Source: Candidatus Nanohalarchaeota archaeon (GTDB lineage Archaea; Nanohalarchaeota; Nanosalinia; Nanosalinales; Nanosalinaceae). Taken from it: a stretch of DNA of 64,000 bases. Location of the stretch: positions 288,001-352,000 of the forward strand of contig JALDAJ010000001.1 of NCBI GenBank assembly GCA_022729235.1, read 5' to 3'. Under the pieces are notes generated by a model. That model saw nothing but the letters and a program-made list of their open reading frames with translations. It ran no database searches and was not told the DNA's origin. Of this stretch, positions 63,939-64,000 are shown one piece after another. Both the position numbers and the translations under genes were made by a program. Every line of letters begins with the position of its first letter. The first letter of the stretch is position 1.

Positions 63939-64000
63939 TTCAGTTTCTCCTTTATCTGTTCGTGCCAGGCATCAAGCGCATCCTCTGTGATATCCCTGAT
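63935..64000 (-). CDS. C-terminal fragment of a gene entering from beyond the window
   Basis: Open frame IRDITEDALDAWHEQIKEKLN* converging on the 63639 gene. Confidence 0.4.
   Translation of the reverse strand: MRDITEDALDAWHEQIKEKLN

Noticed and set aside
1-64000. CRISPR array, rRNA genes, IS elements, provirus
   Set aside because: No regularly spaced repeats, rRNA-like stretches, transposase ORFs or recognisable capsid, terminase or portal genes were seen by eye.

Overview
Archaeal chromosome segment, most consistent with a DPANN nanohaloarchaeon. The basis is a very acidic proteome, dense gene packing, GGTGA Shine-Dalgarno and TTTAAA promoter motifs, tRNAs without encoded CCA, and archaeal information genes. 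Housekeeping genes include top6B (partial), a Dim2/Pno1 KH protein, RIO1, aIF-1A, NMD3, aEF-1beta, FEN-1, iPGM, Alba, Dph5, Trm5, pelota, HtrA, uridine kinase, thymidine kinase and a PRC-barrel protein. There are two tRNAs: Arg(GCG) with a 62-nt intron, and Ser(GCT). More than half of the window (about 12.5-56 kb) is cell-surface machinery. It holds a type IV pilus ATPase and platform protein, at least 8 pilin-like genes with minimal M(R)KG leaders, unannotated microproteins, coiled-coil proteins, paralogous membrane proteins, a RimK-like ligase, Tat lipoproteins and a paralogous lipoprotein array. Three candidates for something undescribed stand out. (1) An integrase-less island of about 2.2 kb at the tRNA-Arg 3' end carries a coupled winged-helix and winged-helix-HEPN gene pair, a putative antiviral or toxin system. 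(2) A family of GAA...TTC hairpin modules builds the tRNA intron, an intergenic element and a cloverleaf-like structure behind tRNA-Ser. (3) The extended pilus-centred locus may be a host-contact apparatus. All family assignments come from motif recognition by eye; no searches were run.
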